The notes under the pieces were generated by a model that worked only from the letters and a program-made list of their open reading frames with translations, had not been told where the DNA came from and did no database searches. The position numbers were made by a program, and so were the translations under genes. A DNA stretch of 64,000 nt from Blepharisma stoltei ATCC 30299. Its lineage: Eukaryota > Protista > Ciliophora. The stretch spans positions 1,364,001 to 1,428,000 of the forward strand of contig CBFDEM010000053.1 in the NCBI GenBank assembly GCA_965603825.1. The letters are read 5' to 3'. This document shows positions 48,844 through 59,924 of the stretch, in pieces; within the stretch, counting starts at the first letter, position 1, and every line of letters starts with the position of its first letter.

Positions 48844-49085
48844 AATGTAAGCCCATTAGATTTAATATTTGGTTCATACAAATGTGCTATTAATAGTTTT
48901 TATATGATTTTAATTTATTAAAATCCTGAAAGTCTATGTCCAGCATCAGACATTTTCTATTTAACTCGTTAAATTTTTATAAATAGTCAATTATCTTTGA
49001 AGCTAATTCAACATATCAGTTTCATTATTAATATATTAGGTTTTCTGAAATAAAGACTTCAATAAATTTATTTATTATGAAGGTA

Positions 49086-50147
49086 TTAATAGTTAAAATA
49101 ATTTTCTTTGTATAGTGAATTTCCTAGTGAAGGATTATAACTTCTACTAGGCATCCTATCTGTTTTTATCCTTTTAGATGTACCATCAAAGGAGTCTGAA
49201 TAGTCTCCAAAAGGAATTTGTGGCATTATTTCTTCAGTTTTCAGGGGTTTTATAGGTGAAGACTTTTGTGATTCTCTTCTAGACAGATGAGAAATTAAAG
49301 GATTGTTTAGAAATTCATCAGCAAGCTGTATAACTTCTGAGGAAAAATCCTGCTCTGGCAGCTTTTTCTTGATTTTTGGGCCTGGAGATTGATTTTCATC
49401 AGTTTCTGTATACGTAAAAGTATCCTCAAAAAGAGGCTTTTTGTTAGGAAAATTCGTGTCTTCTCTGCTTGTTATGCTTTCTAAGGTGGGTGATGGATTT
49501 CTTTGGATTTCCTCATCAGAAATTCATTGAAACTCACTTAAAAGTTTTTTATCGGGGTTGAAAAATTTCTGAATGTCTTTTTTCACGTCACATCTGATTT
49601 TCGAGTCCACATTTTGGAGATATTTTGGGACCTTTCTATGAGGAGTTCCTTTAGGCTGCTGCATTGTGCTTGGCTTAATGGTTTTTAACGGGCTTCTATT
49701 CGAATTTTCTTTAGATCTGCTACTGTCTTTTCCTTTCGGCTTAGAAAAGACTTCATCCAAGCATCGGAATTTTGGTGTAGACTCCATCAAAATAGGCCCA
49801 GGGATTTCTTTATTCACTGAGGACCTTGGTGGTCTTTTATTTTTTAAATTATTGACGCTCGATGACCTTTTGAATTCTTTTTCTGCAGGATCGTTATTGT
49901 AGTTATCAATTTCTTCAATCATCCCTTTCAGCTGTGCTTTGATGCCTGGCATTTGTGCAGCTAATGGCAGTGGAGATCCATGTGAAATTGTTTCAAGCTC
50001 ACTAACTGATACAAATCCAGAATATCGGTTTTGTATCGCACTAATTCCAATTACCATCAAAAGTTCACAGCATCTCGCCCACTGAGACCTTGGGTACAAA
50101 TACAAGAAATCCTTAATTGCAAGATTCCCGCTTAGAGACTCTAACAT
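49086..50147 (-). CDS. Protein of unknown function (353 aa)
   Basis: ORF 49524..50147 continues through TGA 49524 for 145 codons to TAA 49086-49088. Confidence 0.7.
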
Positions 50148-50173
50148 TTTTTAAATTATCCTGAATTATCCTA

Positions 50174-52162
50174 TTAAAGAGCTAAGACTCCGAATACCAA
50201 AGAAATTGCAGTTAAAATCATCCCTGCCTCCTTCACATAGGAGTTCTGTAAGTCAAGCCAATACTGAGACGTTATAGTATTTTTGATGCAGTCAGGGTTG
50301 TACTGAAGCTGAGGACCTTGGAGATACGTTGTATAGTTAGTGGAATATTGATAGTAAAGCTGGTGATAGCCGTCTATTTTGAGGAAGCAGAACTCCCCAT
50401 GTCTGGAATTAGTGTTACACTTTGAATTTACCTTGTGAAGACGTTTTAGTAGTGAAATGGAATTTTGCCAAGGCGCATCTCCTTCAAACACTGGACAGTA
50501 AGCAAGAGACCATTCGTTATATCCACATTGGCAATTTTTTGAGTATTTCCCTGTGGTATCTACACATTTGGAGCCAGGGGTGCATGGTTCTTCAAGCTTG
50601 GACGCAGAAACAGGTGCTCTCATGCAAGCTCCTCTTGGTGGGGAAGTAGAAGTGACGTTGGCGAAGCCAAAATAGCAGGAGTATGACTTTCCTGTGCTGG
50701 TTTGCACATCGTCTACGATGCTTTCTTCTGATAAAGAGAAGTATGGGATGCATTGTCCAAGGTTGCAGGTTAAGTTGTTTCTGCACTCATACCAGTGGTC
50801 GCAGTCTCCACCTTCTTCTACTTGATATTTGCAGGTATTCGCAGTCATATTGCAATATAAACCTGGATTGCAATCGTAAGTATTTGTACATTCTTGATCA
50901 TAGACGTTGCCGACACATTCTTTATCACTGCAGCTTCCACTGATACATTGCTCATCTTTTTCACAATAGTCTCCTGGATACCTGGTATTTTGATCAGGAA
51001 CATCACAAGTGGCATTTTTCTGAGAATCTACCATACAGGTCTGGTTATGCTGAGCACATTCATTTATATAGTAAATTTCTGAGATCTTATAGGTATCAAT
51101 ATTTTTTTCGTAAAACCCGCATTGTCCAGAGCTCCAGTCTTTGGTAGGAGTATTGCAAAAGTAAGCTGGGCACTGGGGATTCTGAAAAGTGGTAGACGCT
51201 TCTAAAACATTCCAATAGCTTTGTGTAAAAATGCTTTGAGAGCACTCGTCGTTGCCTTGTATAAGAGGATAATAGTTATAGAAATACTGCCAATAGTCTA
51301 TTGCCCAGCTGTACCAGAGTTTTTGAGAAGCGGCTGGCAGCTTAGCAAAGCATTGGTAACTCCATGGGCGATGTGCATTGCAGTTTTCGTTGGCATTGTT
51401 CAAAGCTTGCCAATTTTTAATCATAGAGACTACAATAGGATCTCCTTCAAATAAAGAGCAATAAGAACTTCCAGCTTCATTGTAAGCACAGGTGCAGGTT
51501 TTGTTATATTTTCCATCACTAGATGTACAAGGAGACTCAGGAGTGCATGCAACTGGAAGTTTACCGGTACTTGTTGGAGCCTTTGTGCAATTGTAAGTGC
51601 TGCCAGTATAAACTGCATAGCCAGTGTTGCAGACTAAATTAAAGCCTGTCTTTGAGTCAACAAGATCCTCAACAACTGGCTGATTAAGTTCAAGGGAAAA
51701 CAACTCAATGCATTTATTGTTGACGCAGAGTAAATTATTAAGACAGCTTTCGTCAATATCACACTGAGAGCCTTCAGTCTTCTGAGGTTGGCATTTTGGT
51801 GGGTTTGTTATTGTGTCACAGTGAAGCCCTGGGTTGCAATCCCATTGATTTTTGCATACAACCTGATTTGCCAGACCTACGCAAACGTTATCAATACAGT
51901 TGCTACTAGTGCAATCACTGTCAGTGTTGCACCATTCTCCAGGATAATTCACCGCTGGATTTTTTAATTCACAAGACTGATTTTCTTCAATTGGGGTTGT
52001 AGGACAGTAATATTCTGGGTAACATGGGGTCATTTTATATTTTCCTGCCCCTTCGATAGCTGAATAAGACAGACACTGCTGTTTGGTGTATGAAGGAGTG
52101 CAATCATAAGAAGGACACTGCGCAGCTGACACTGCAGACAAAAGGAATGCTGATATCCACAT
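50174..52162 (-). CDS. Cys-rich secreted/surface protein with two homologous halves and a likely GPI-anchor signal (662 aa)
   Basis: Signal peptide MWISAFLLSAVSA; duplicated motifs QCPxYxC, YPGxxC, DCNPGLxC, CxCxYNE, FEGD; hydrophobic C-terminal tail. Confidence 0.85.
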   Translation of the reverse strand: MWISAFLLSAVSAAQCPSYDCTPSYTKQQCLSYSAIEGAGKYKMTPCYPEYYCPTTPIEENQSCELKNPAVNYPGEWCNTDSDCTSSNCIDNVCVGLANQVVCKNQWDCNPGLHCDTITNPPKCQPQKTEGSQCDIDESCLNNLLCVNNKCIELFSLELNQPVVEDLVDSKTGFNLVCNTGYAVYTGSTYNCTKAPTSTGKLPVACTPESPCTSSDGKYNKTCTCAYNEAGSSYCSLFEGDPIVVSMIKNWQALNNANENCNAHRPWSYQCFAKLPAASQKLWYSWAIDYWQYFYNYYPLIQGNDECSQSIFTQSYWNVLEASTTFQNPQCPAYFCNTPTKDWSSGQCGFYEKNIDTYKISEIYYINECAQHNQTCMVDSQKNATCDVPDQNTRYPGDYCEKDEQCISGSCSDKECVGNVYDQECTNTYDCNPGLYCNMTANTCKYQVEEGGDCDHWYECRNNLTCNLGQCIPYFSLSEESIVDDVQTSTGKSYSCYFGFANVTSTSPPRGACMRAPVSASKLEEPCTPGSKCVDTTGKYSKNCQCGYNEWSLAYCPVFEGDAPWQNSISLLKRLHKVNSKCNTNSRHGEFCFLKIDGYHQLYYQYSTNYTTYLQGPQLQYNPDCIKNTITSQYWLDLQNSYVKEAGMILTAISLVFGVLAL

Positions 52163-52352
52163 TTACTATTCTATGAAGCTATTATGTTTTATTTAAATAT
52201 TTTATTTTAAATCCTTATAAATCCTACATATTTCAAGCTGTAGGAGATTTTATTTTTTATAAAAAATTTTTAAATAATCTGTTAGGAGAATTTGAATTTT
52301 TGGTGAAAATCCATGTTAATGTGCCGTAAATATTCTCGAATTAGCAAAAAAT

Positions 52353-52943
52353 ATGTCGGTCTTAGGAGGAATGCACCACACGTTAATAGGGAGACTCGCG
52401 TCAAGTGGAGAACTTGAGCAGAAAAATGAGATTTTCGATATCTTCAACAGGGCTCGTCCGCTACCTATGGATTTGCTTTCGTTTTTAGGGCATCTCCAGG
52501 ACCGCCTTTGTTGTTCAGACGTTGTTTTTACGTTGGGATTCGTGTTGCTAGACAAAATTCTAAAGTCTTACCCAGCTTTTTCCCTCACAAATAGGAATAT
52601 ACATAGAATCGTATTCACCTCGGTGTCACTCGCTTTCAAATTTTCAGAAGATATAACCTTTTCAAACGCCGCTTTGGCGAAAATAGGGTTGGTGACTACA
52701 GAGGAGTTACTTAGACTAGAAGCTTCATTTCTCGCGGCAAGTGATTGGTGCATTTGGAGCGATGAAATCTCAAAAAACTTAGAAGAATATCTGGACGTTT
52801 TTTCAAAATTCGAGACCAAAAAAGAAGCGTCAAACTACGACAGCGACGAGTCGTCCACTGAAGAAACATCAGGAAGCTTTGAAGACTTGAGCGATTTTTC
52901 AGAGCTCAGCGCTTTCTTTACATCTGAAAATTCTTTATTGTAA
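52353..52943 (+). CDS. PHO80-like (P/U-type) cyclin
   Basis: LTNRNIHRIVFTSVSLAFKFSEDITFSN...AKIGLV...EL.RLE..FL cyclin-box motif; acidic Ser-rich tail. Confidence 0.85.
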   Translation: MSVLGGMHHTLIGRLASSGELEQKNEIFDIFNRARPLPMDLLSFLGHLQDRLCCSDVVFTLGFVLLDKILKSYPAFSLTNRNIHRIVFTSVSLAFKFSEDITFSNAALAKIGLVTTEELLRLEASFLAASDWCIWSDEISKNLEEYLDVFSKFETKKEASNYDSDESSTEETSGSFEDLSDFSELSAFFTSENSLL

Positions 52944-53237
52944 TTATTGATTATTGTTAACCTTAGAATAAAAACATTTTTTAAAATGAACTAATATGAA
53001 GATAATGAAAATTTTTGCATGATGGAAAATTATAAATGGCAATTTAAATTAATGGAAGCTTATGAGAAGTAATAATGGTAAAATTTTTCTTCGATTTTGA
53101 ATAATTTTATTAATTTTATTTTATCAACTAATTTTGATAGAGCATTATGGTAGAATTAAATTAAAATAATTATGAAATGCTAAAGGGAATTATTGGAAAC
53201 AGATATGAAACATCTTTATTTTTACTAATAAAAAATA

Positions 53238-54020
53238 ATGCAGTCACAGTGGATTGAAGCGAAAATTTCGGATACTTGGGATCATGATCAAGCTACGAAA
53301 CGTCATAAAGATCGATTAAATGAAATCAAAAACAAATCTTCTAATCGAATAGACAACTCCCCGCCTACAACTCGTCAAATTATGCAGCATAAAGCGAAAT
53401 CTCAGTCATCATTAGATCTCAAAAAATGCAGGGAAATTGATAGAGAAAACGAAAAAATTATGACGAGAATTAGCCAAATTATCACTGATAAACGGTATAA
53501 TTTCTCATTTAACCCTGCGGCTGGGCCTAATACGCTAAATAGTGTAAAAAGAAAACGAGAAGCTGAAAAAATTGCAGTTGAGAATGAAAAATTAATTAAA
53601 AAGATCCAGGATTTGCAGTCAAACCTAAATAAAAAGAAACTCTTAGGTGACTACCAGAACTTTGTCAAATACAGTCAGCAAATGTCGAAGTATTGAAACA
53701 AAAAGAAAAGTTACCCCAAATTTGAGGGAAAACCAAATCGGTTACCACCTTTAGAAAACCTCGATAAAAATACACATAATTATTCTCCTGATGTCAAAAA
53801 AGGACTAAAAAGATATGCAAGCGAGAAATCATTTAAATTGAGACAGAGTGAAGCAACCCCGAAAGGTGTGAAATCCGAAATCCAATCGGCTAATAGAGAG
53901 CAGGAAATTATAAAAGAAATTGATAAAGAAAACTTAAAAGAATCTGATAAAAATAAAGAAAACGAGCAGGTGATTGCAAATAGTGATGAAAAACAAGAAG
54001 AAGGTAACGGTTTGGTTTAA
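53238..54020 (+). CDS. CFAP97/KIAA1430 (Hemingway)-domain ciliary protein (260 aa)
   Basis: HKDRL..IK...IDNSPP, EIDRENEKIM.RI, TLN...RKRE..KI..EN..L.K.I. Continues through TGA 53694 into the in-frame ORF ending at 54020. Confidence 0.75.
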
Positions 54021-54187
54021 AGGTTAATTCATTGATTTTTAAATCTTGGAAATTTAATATAAAAAATTGCCTATAAATGCAAATAAAAGAAGATCATTTA
54101 TATATAAATAGGCATAAGAGCGCATTATTAGAAGACTGTGCCGGTTTGTCTATTTAGTGCCAAAGTATTTATTTTATTTGAATAGAG

Positions 54188-55342
54188 TTAATAAATTGCA
54201 TGGGTTGATTCTCTTAACAATTCTTGATACTCTTGCGATTTTTGAAACTCAGGGTAAACAGTTTCATTGAACTGCTTAAAAATATTGTTTTCAACGTCAT
54301 TAAACATTGATGCACTAATATCAGGATTCATATCTCCACAAAGACTTTGATTAGACAAATCCAAAGTCATGCTTTCAGCGAAATTATTTTTCCCTGCTAA
54401 AAAGTTGCTATATATATCATAAGCTTTTTCTGGATTTGGATCAAGCTTAAACAGATGAATTTCTACAAGGATTTTCAAATAATATTCCCAATGCTTATTT
54501 TTTGATTTTTTTGCAAAGGAGACAAAGTAATTAAAAGCTAGCTGATCTTCTAATAAAACTCTTGGGCTTTTAAGGACTTCCAAAGGAACAATACTAAGTC
54601 GTTTTGTGCTTCTCTGTAGAAAAAAAAAGGTGTTAATTAGCATGCAAAGATTTTTTGAAGGGATAATATAAAAGTGGAAAAATAAAGGACTTACAAAAGG
54701 TGCAGTTAGCCCCATTGACCATATGACTAAAATTAGATATAGCTCAGCTTTCAAATTGCAGTAATAAGGAATTTTCCTAATTTTTAATAAAAAAATCAAA
54801 TAGCAGGCATCTTCAAAAAGAATCAAAAAGTTTCAAGATATATCAAAAATCATATTCAGCGCTCCACCAGTTTTGGTTATCATTTGATATAAAGCAAAAG
54901 CTATATAAAATGCTGAAATCGGCAACGAATAAGCTAAAATAATTTTTATATTCCACTGATTTCCAAGCCTTTTTTTACTATTTAAATAATCTAAATAGCT
55001 ACAGTAGTTGCCATTCCTGATCCTGTTTAATAAAACCAGTCTATACATTCTCAGCACATTTGAGATGAAGTAAGCATTATGAGAAATTTCATAGATGACA
55101 AAAATTCAGGTGCAGACCTTTAAATTATAATACAAGCCCAAAATCTCAATAAATCCTAAAGAAATTGAACCAATGTTTTCAGTGCCATTGACTATTATAG
55201 AGAAAAGCAAAATTCCTGCAGACCTTGAATATATTTCTTGAAAGTCTCTACGATGAAATATATATCACAAACAAAAACTATATATCCCAAAAATAGTAAT
55301 AAAGATGCTTAATCATACAAGGTAAAGCCATGTTCCTGTCAT
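54188..55342 (-). CDS. 7TM-RGS protein, copy 1 (384 aa)
   Basis: ATG 55342, four TGA=W. Seven hydrophobic segments with RR...I.SRS after TM1. C-terminal RGS-like fold (LLED...F..F, A.DIY..FL, F..VE..I......YPEF..S..Y). Confidence 0.8.
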
Positions 55343-55367
55343 TAATTAATTAATATTTACAAAGAAT

Positions 55368-56513
55368 TTAATAAAGAGAGTTTGTTTCTTCTAAAAGTGA
55401 TTGGTATTCAGGCGAATTTTTGAATTCGGGATAAATAGTTTTTTCTAGATGCTTTAAAATAAAAAATTCTATTTCATTAAAAACACTATTTGTTATGTCT
55501 TTTGGATATTTTACAAGGTGTCTTTCAGCATTTCTTGACACAAATTCTGGAATAATATCATTATTTCGTAAAAAGTCATTATAAATCTCTTGCCCTTTTT
55601 CAATTGATGGATTTAGCTTAAATAAGCTAATATTGATAAGAAAATCCAAATAATACTCTCATGTTTTATTGCTCGAATTTTGGGTAAAAGCCTTAAAAGA
55701 CTTATAAGCAGTAAAATCTTCAATGAGAATTCTTGGGTCTTCTAAAGTTTGCAATGGCAAAATCATGCTCATTTTAGAATGCCTGCCAAGTGTTACTAAA
55801 ATCCCTACTAATAAAGTGATATTTCTAGAAGGCACAATATAAAAATGATATTCTAAATTCGTTGTGAATGGTGCTAGTAAGCCTAATGCCCATATAAAAA
55901 TTATCATATACAACTCATATTTCAAATTCGAACAATACTTCACTTTGCGGATTTTTAATAGAAAAATTAAATAAGTGGTTTCTTCAAAAAATATCAAAAA
56001 GTCAAAGAGGATATTATAAATCATGTTCATGTCTCCTTTATCACTTGAAAGCAATTGATAAAGAGCAAATCCCACAAAAATCGAGGAAAAAAAAATTGTG
56101 TAAATTATTATGAACTTCGCGCTTCATTTATGGTCAAGCCTAACCTTCCTTCTCAAATATTCTCCATGGCTTTCATATTCACCATTTCTTATTTTGTTCA
56201 GCACATTCAGTCTGTAAATTCTCATGACGTTTGATATAAAATGTGCATGATGAGCTAACTCATAGACAATGAATACAATTAATACAGCTTTTATTTCATA
56301 ATAAAACCCGAGTTTATCAACGAAACCTAATGAAATTGAGCCAATCATCTCTATACAGCTTGCACACATCGTCAAATATAAATTAGGTAATGATCATGCG
56401 AAGATTTCTTGAAAGTATTTTTTATGATGTATATACAAGGCACAAATCAGATAAAAGCCTATTAAAATTAATAGCAAAAATGCTCATAAAAGTCCGAGGT
56501 AAGTGGTTTCCAT
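55368..56513 (-). CDS. 7TM-RGS protein, copy 2 (381 aa), tandem paralog
   Basis: ATG 56513, TGA at 56484, 56394, 56124, 55659. Collinear with copy 1 (IGSISLGF, FISNV.R.YRL..LN.IRNG.Y, NLK.ELY, HFYI.PS, WEYYL, YPEF). Confidence 0.8.
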
Positions 56514-56558
56514 ATTATATTTGCTTAGACAAAAGTTCCTTAGGTATTTTTAATTATA

Positions 56559-57779
56559 ATGTGGATTTGATTACTTTTTTTTCAACAAGTTCAAGCTGAT
56601 GAATTTATAACAACAGGCTTGGGCACAGAAGTTTATATAACTTATTCCCTAGTGAGTTTGCTTCTGATTTCTATCTCTGGGCTTATGTCGGGCCTTACTG
56701 TAGGTCTAATGTCAATAGATGAGTTAGATCTAGAAATGAAATTAGCATCAGGAACCCCTACGGAGCAAAAGCAAGCCCGAAAAGTCCTCAGTATTATAAA
56801 TCATCATCATTTAGTTTTAGTAACTCTGTTATTATCAAACGCTGCTGCTATGGAAGCCCTCCCAATTCTATTAGACACAATGTTTAGCAAAATTATTTCC
56901 ATCATTTTGAGTGTGACTTTTGTTATGATTTTTGGTGAAATTCTTCCCCAAGCTGTTTTCACTGGCCCTGATCAACTTAACATTGCCTGCAAGCTAATCC
57001 CTGTAGTTAAAATAATCACTGTTATATTATTCCCGTTTAGTTACCCAATAGCTAAATTATTGGATAGATGCTTTGGAGCAAACCATGGAGGAAGAAGATT
57101 ACAAAATAAAGACATTAAAGCCCTTGTAGCGCTGCATGAAAATGATGTAATTGAAGAGTCTGGGGCAACCTCAGTAACTGGGTTGGTCTCTGGCCAAATA
57201 AAAATGATTCATGGCGCTATTGATTTACGAGAAGAAGTTGTAAAAAATCATATGATACCAATTGAAAAAGTTTTTTTCCTATATGAAGATACAGTATTGG
57301 ATGAAATTACTATCAATCGTATACTGAAACAAGGATATTCCCGAATACCTGTATACTCCTCAGAAAATAAGCAGAAAATAAAAAATGTGATGCATGTGAA
57401 AACTTTACTGTGTGCTGAGCATGGAAAAACTATACAGGAATCAGGAATAAAGCTGAGAGCTCCTTTAAGTGTGTCGCAAAATACAACTATGTATGAACTA
57501 TTGGGGAAATTTAGAGAAGGGAAAATGCATATGGCTATTGTGAGTGACGAAAAAGAGGTTAAAGGGATTATTACGATGGAAGATGTGCTGGAACAGATTT
57601 TGAAGACTGATATTTTAGATGAAGACGACTATGATAAGCTTACAAGCTTTCTTGCTGGAAATCTTGTGCAAAACAAACTTTCAAGCCCACAAACAAGAAC
57701 CACAAGACAGAGAAAAAGATTATCAGCTCTGCATCCGAGATTTGATGAATTTTCTATGAGCACAATTTCGATGGCTTAG
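56559..57779 (+). CDS. CNNM/CorC-family (DUF21 + CBS pair) metal transporter (406 aa)
   Basis: True ATG at 56559 (MWIWLLFFQQVQA, signal-like, TGA at 56568). SGLMSGLTVGLMS, LVTLLLSNA..MEALPI, FGEILPQA, GYSRIPVY, HMAIV, GIITMEDVLE. Confidence 0.9.
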
Positions 57780-57842
57780 ACAGTGTTTATAGGGTAAAAT
57801 AATAATTTTATTATCAGTGTTGAGTTAAAAAGAGAATTTAAT

Positions 57843-59699
57843 TTAATTCTGCATTTTTTGGAGCAGCTCAATACGGTCTCGGCTTAATTCGTCGTTAATA
57901 AAATTGATATCTTTTTCTGAAAGGGTCCATTCTTCCCCACGGTAAACTTCACTTAATTGAAATTCTTGCAAAAAATTATAAGCCCTATTAAAGTCCTGCA
58001 AAGCTGCTTCTTCTTGTCTGAGATTATTAAATACTCGAGCTCTATTGCAGAAATGCAAAGGATTATTTGGTTCAAGTTTGATTAACTCATCATAGCATTT
58101 CATTGCTTCTTGATATTTCTCTAAAATATAAAGAGCGTTGCCTTTATCTTTATAAAATTTGGCCTCTTCTGGATTGATTTTGATTGCTTCATCATAGCTT
58201 TTTACAGCTTCTGGGTATTTTCCTAATTCATTTAAAGCACATCCTTTAGTATGGTGAAAATCAGCACTGTTTGGATTGAGTTTGATTGCTTCGTCATAGC
58301 ATTCGATTGCTTCTATATATCTTCCTAAATTATAAAAAGCCTTGCCTTTATCATTGTAATATTTAAACTTGTTTGGATTACGTTTGATTTTTTCGTCTAA
58401 TTCTTCGATTACTTCTAGATTTTCTCCTAAAGCTCTTAGAGCAATATCCTTGGCATTATATTCATCTAGATAATAAGGATCGAGCTTAAAATTCTGGTTA
58501 TTGAATTTTATTGCTTCAATCTTTTTACCTACTCTTCTGATTGAGACGTGCGTATTATAGTATGCAGCATCAATATTAACTTTTTGATCTAAATTAAAAA
58601 AATAATATTCTCTAGTTGAATGAGAAATAACTGAAATCCATATTCCTCCTTTATTATATGAGCAATAAACTTGACCAGGTTCATGATAGATTGCTGATTT
58701 TCCGATTTGTCTCCAATTCGAGTAACTTCCAATTTCGCTTTCATAGATTGATCCAGGGCATTCTATCAAATATAGCCTCTCTGCATTTATTAGGATCTTT
58801 ACTTTATGCTCTTCAAACTTATAAGGAATTGTCGAGAAAGAGTCAATATCAATTGAGTATAACAAAAGATTTCTATTTTTATATCCAGAAATCAAAATAT
58901 TTCCATTAAATATTATACTATTACAACTATGATCAGCTTGTGGCATTGGAGTTAATTGTTTTCATCGATTTCAATCCATATCAAATTTGCTAGATAGAGT
59001 TAAATTGCCTTCATTAAATCCTCCAAAGAAATAAGCGCTGTTGCTGAAATAGATGCAAGATGAGCCATAGCAATGAGTTCCTGATGGCAGCACTTCAACT
59101 CCACCATTCACATCAATTAAAACTGTAATTCCAGGAAGGCGATTACTACCAAAACAGAAAAGCTTGCCATTTGGAAGCTGAGTTATGCAAGTTGTCATGT
59201 CTAGCGGTTCTGGAATCTGCAAATTTTTGGCTTCTTCTTGGGTTTCAGTTTCAGTGCTATAAATATGTAAATTAATTCTGCTGTTTTGATCCACTGTAAT
59301 ATTATAAAGAGATGTTTTTTGTTGATAAGCTTTAAGATAATCTTGATACGCTTGCATTAGTGGTGGATCATAAAGACTTGAATTGGCCTTAATTTCTAAG
59401 CAAGTTCTTCTGAAATCTATCTCTAATTCTGGATTGTTTGGTTTACTCAAAATCTCAGCTGTTTTATATCTTAAGGCGTCTATAGCGTTTAAAGCGCTTT
59501 CTGCTTCCTTGGATTTATTGTTGAGATCATTAAAAACAGTGGTTATTTGATGATTAAGCAAGCTTATATCGTTTTCTAGGCTTTTTCGTATTGGCTTGTT
59601 TACGTTTTCAAGGCTCTCAATGTTCTCATTTATTATCGAGGAAATTGAATCCTCAACTTCAAAAGCTTTTATTATTTTCTCTTCAGGAAACAGTGCCAT
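57843..59699 (-). CDS. Coiled-coil + Kelch-like + TPR protein (618 aa)
   Basis: Two ORFs joined through TGA 58971 and 58962. The second TGA supplies the Kelch consensus Trp (YFFGG...KFD..NRW..L.PMP). About four TPRs (KG.A.Y.LG.Y.EA..CYDEAIKLNP). Confidence 0.85.
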
Positions 59700-59924
59700 C
59701 CTTTATATGATTGCCGATTGAAATTATGAGTTAAAAAGAGCATAATGATATTTTATAACTTAAGATAAAAAAATTTATTATTTCAAGCAATTTAGAGATC
59801 AGATACTTCATATGGGCGCATAATAACTAGTCATTTGAGAAGCTATCATAAAGTCTCTTTTTTAAATTGATTACGTATTATCCCTTCATTTTAACTAAAA
59901 AATAAATCTCAGCCAATTATAAAA

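Noticed and set aside
52210-52295. Short AAATCCT and CTGT(T)AGGAGA direct/inverted repeats between the divergent Cys-rich and cyclin genes
   Set aside because: Short and imperfect; cannot be told from chance without motif statistics.
52313-52594. 93-codon out-of-frame ORF overlapping the cyclin start when UGA=Trp
   Set aside because: No recognisable protein features. With only two stop codons such ORFs arise easily, and its ATG may lie upstream of the TSS.
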